DNA from: Selaginella moellendorffii
Taxonomy: Eukaryota; Plantae; Lycopodiophyta
Assembly: GCF_000143415.4 (NCBI RefSeq)
Contig: NW_003314358.1
Location: forward strand, 10,001 to 74,000
Reading direction: 5' to 3'
Length of the DNA: 64,000 bases
Both the position numbers and the translations under genes were made by a program. The notes beneath the pieces are model-generated. The model was not told where the DNA came from. It did no database searches and saw only the letters and a program-made list of their open reading frames with translations. Shown in pieces: positions 63,800 to 64,000 of this stretch. Within the stretch, counting starts at the first letter, position 1. The number at the start of each line of letters is the position of its first letter.

Positions 63800-64000
63800 A
63801 CTAAGTCCAAGATGGAGTCTGAGTTGAAGTCCAAGATGGACCCGAGATAGAGTCTAAGTTGGAGTCTAAGATGGAGTTCGAGAAGGAATTCAAGATGGAC
63901 CTAAGATGGAGTTTGAGATGGAGTTTGAGATGGACCTGATATAGAGTTCAAGATGGACCCAAGATGGAGTTCAAAATGGACCCAAGATGGAGTCTGAAAA
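63800..64000. repeat. 12-bp simple repeat (aagatggagtcc-like)
   Basis: Tandem units; reverse complement of the 45700-45860 tract. Confidence 0.85.

Larger units (their letters stand above)
53693..64000. mobile_element. Cluster of degenerate large-LTR retrotransposon copies in both orientations
   Basis: LTR-like 55644-56605; internal region 56961-61400 (minus); poly-G PPT plus related LTR start at about 62021-62060 (plus); 62580-64000 is the reverse complement of about 45700-47250. No intact ORFs. Confidence 0.7.

Overview
Eukaryotic land-plant nuclear DNA, most likely the lycophyte Selaginella (inferred from 50-70 nt introns, compact genes and PLS-PPR motifs with long insertions). It has three N gaps. 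A small gene island at 12.6-26.3 kb holds an EDS5/DTX46-type MATE transporter, an LTP-like 8-Cys secreted protein, and a PLS-DYW PPR editing factor head-to-head with mitochondrial LpxD; an AT-rich bulb-lectin fusion gene lies at 31-32 kb. The rest is mostly transposon-derived: a full-length decayed Ty3/gypsy element (175-bp LTRs, tRNA-Ala PBS, 4-bp TSD, -1 frameshift cassette), a copia remnant, nested copies of a degenerate large-LTR family, two 5S-rRNA-bearing Cassandra-type solo LTRs, and Helentron/HINE-like elements. Main finding: two unrelated DNA transposons each carry a divergently oriented passenger gene with a ParB/Sulfiredoxin-like domain. One is a GCM/MULE/SWIM element (0.3-9 kb) whose passenger also has a C-terminal region resembling a beta-class N4C/N6A DNA methyltransferase. 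The other is a TIR element with 4-bp TSDs, Sola2-like, present in two inverted copies (35.8-41.8 and 48.3-53.7 kb); its first copy carries about 12 copies of a 22-bp palindrome confined to non-coding DNA, resembling parS sites. Together these suggest a transposon-encoded ParB/parS-like self-marking or anti-silencing system (hypothesis). Swapped TSDs indicate that the 6.4-kb segment between the two Sola-like copies has been inverted. All domain calls are by-eye motif recognition; no searches were run.
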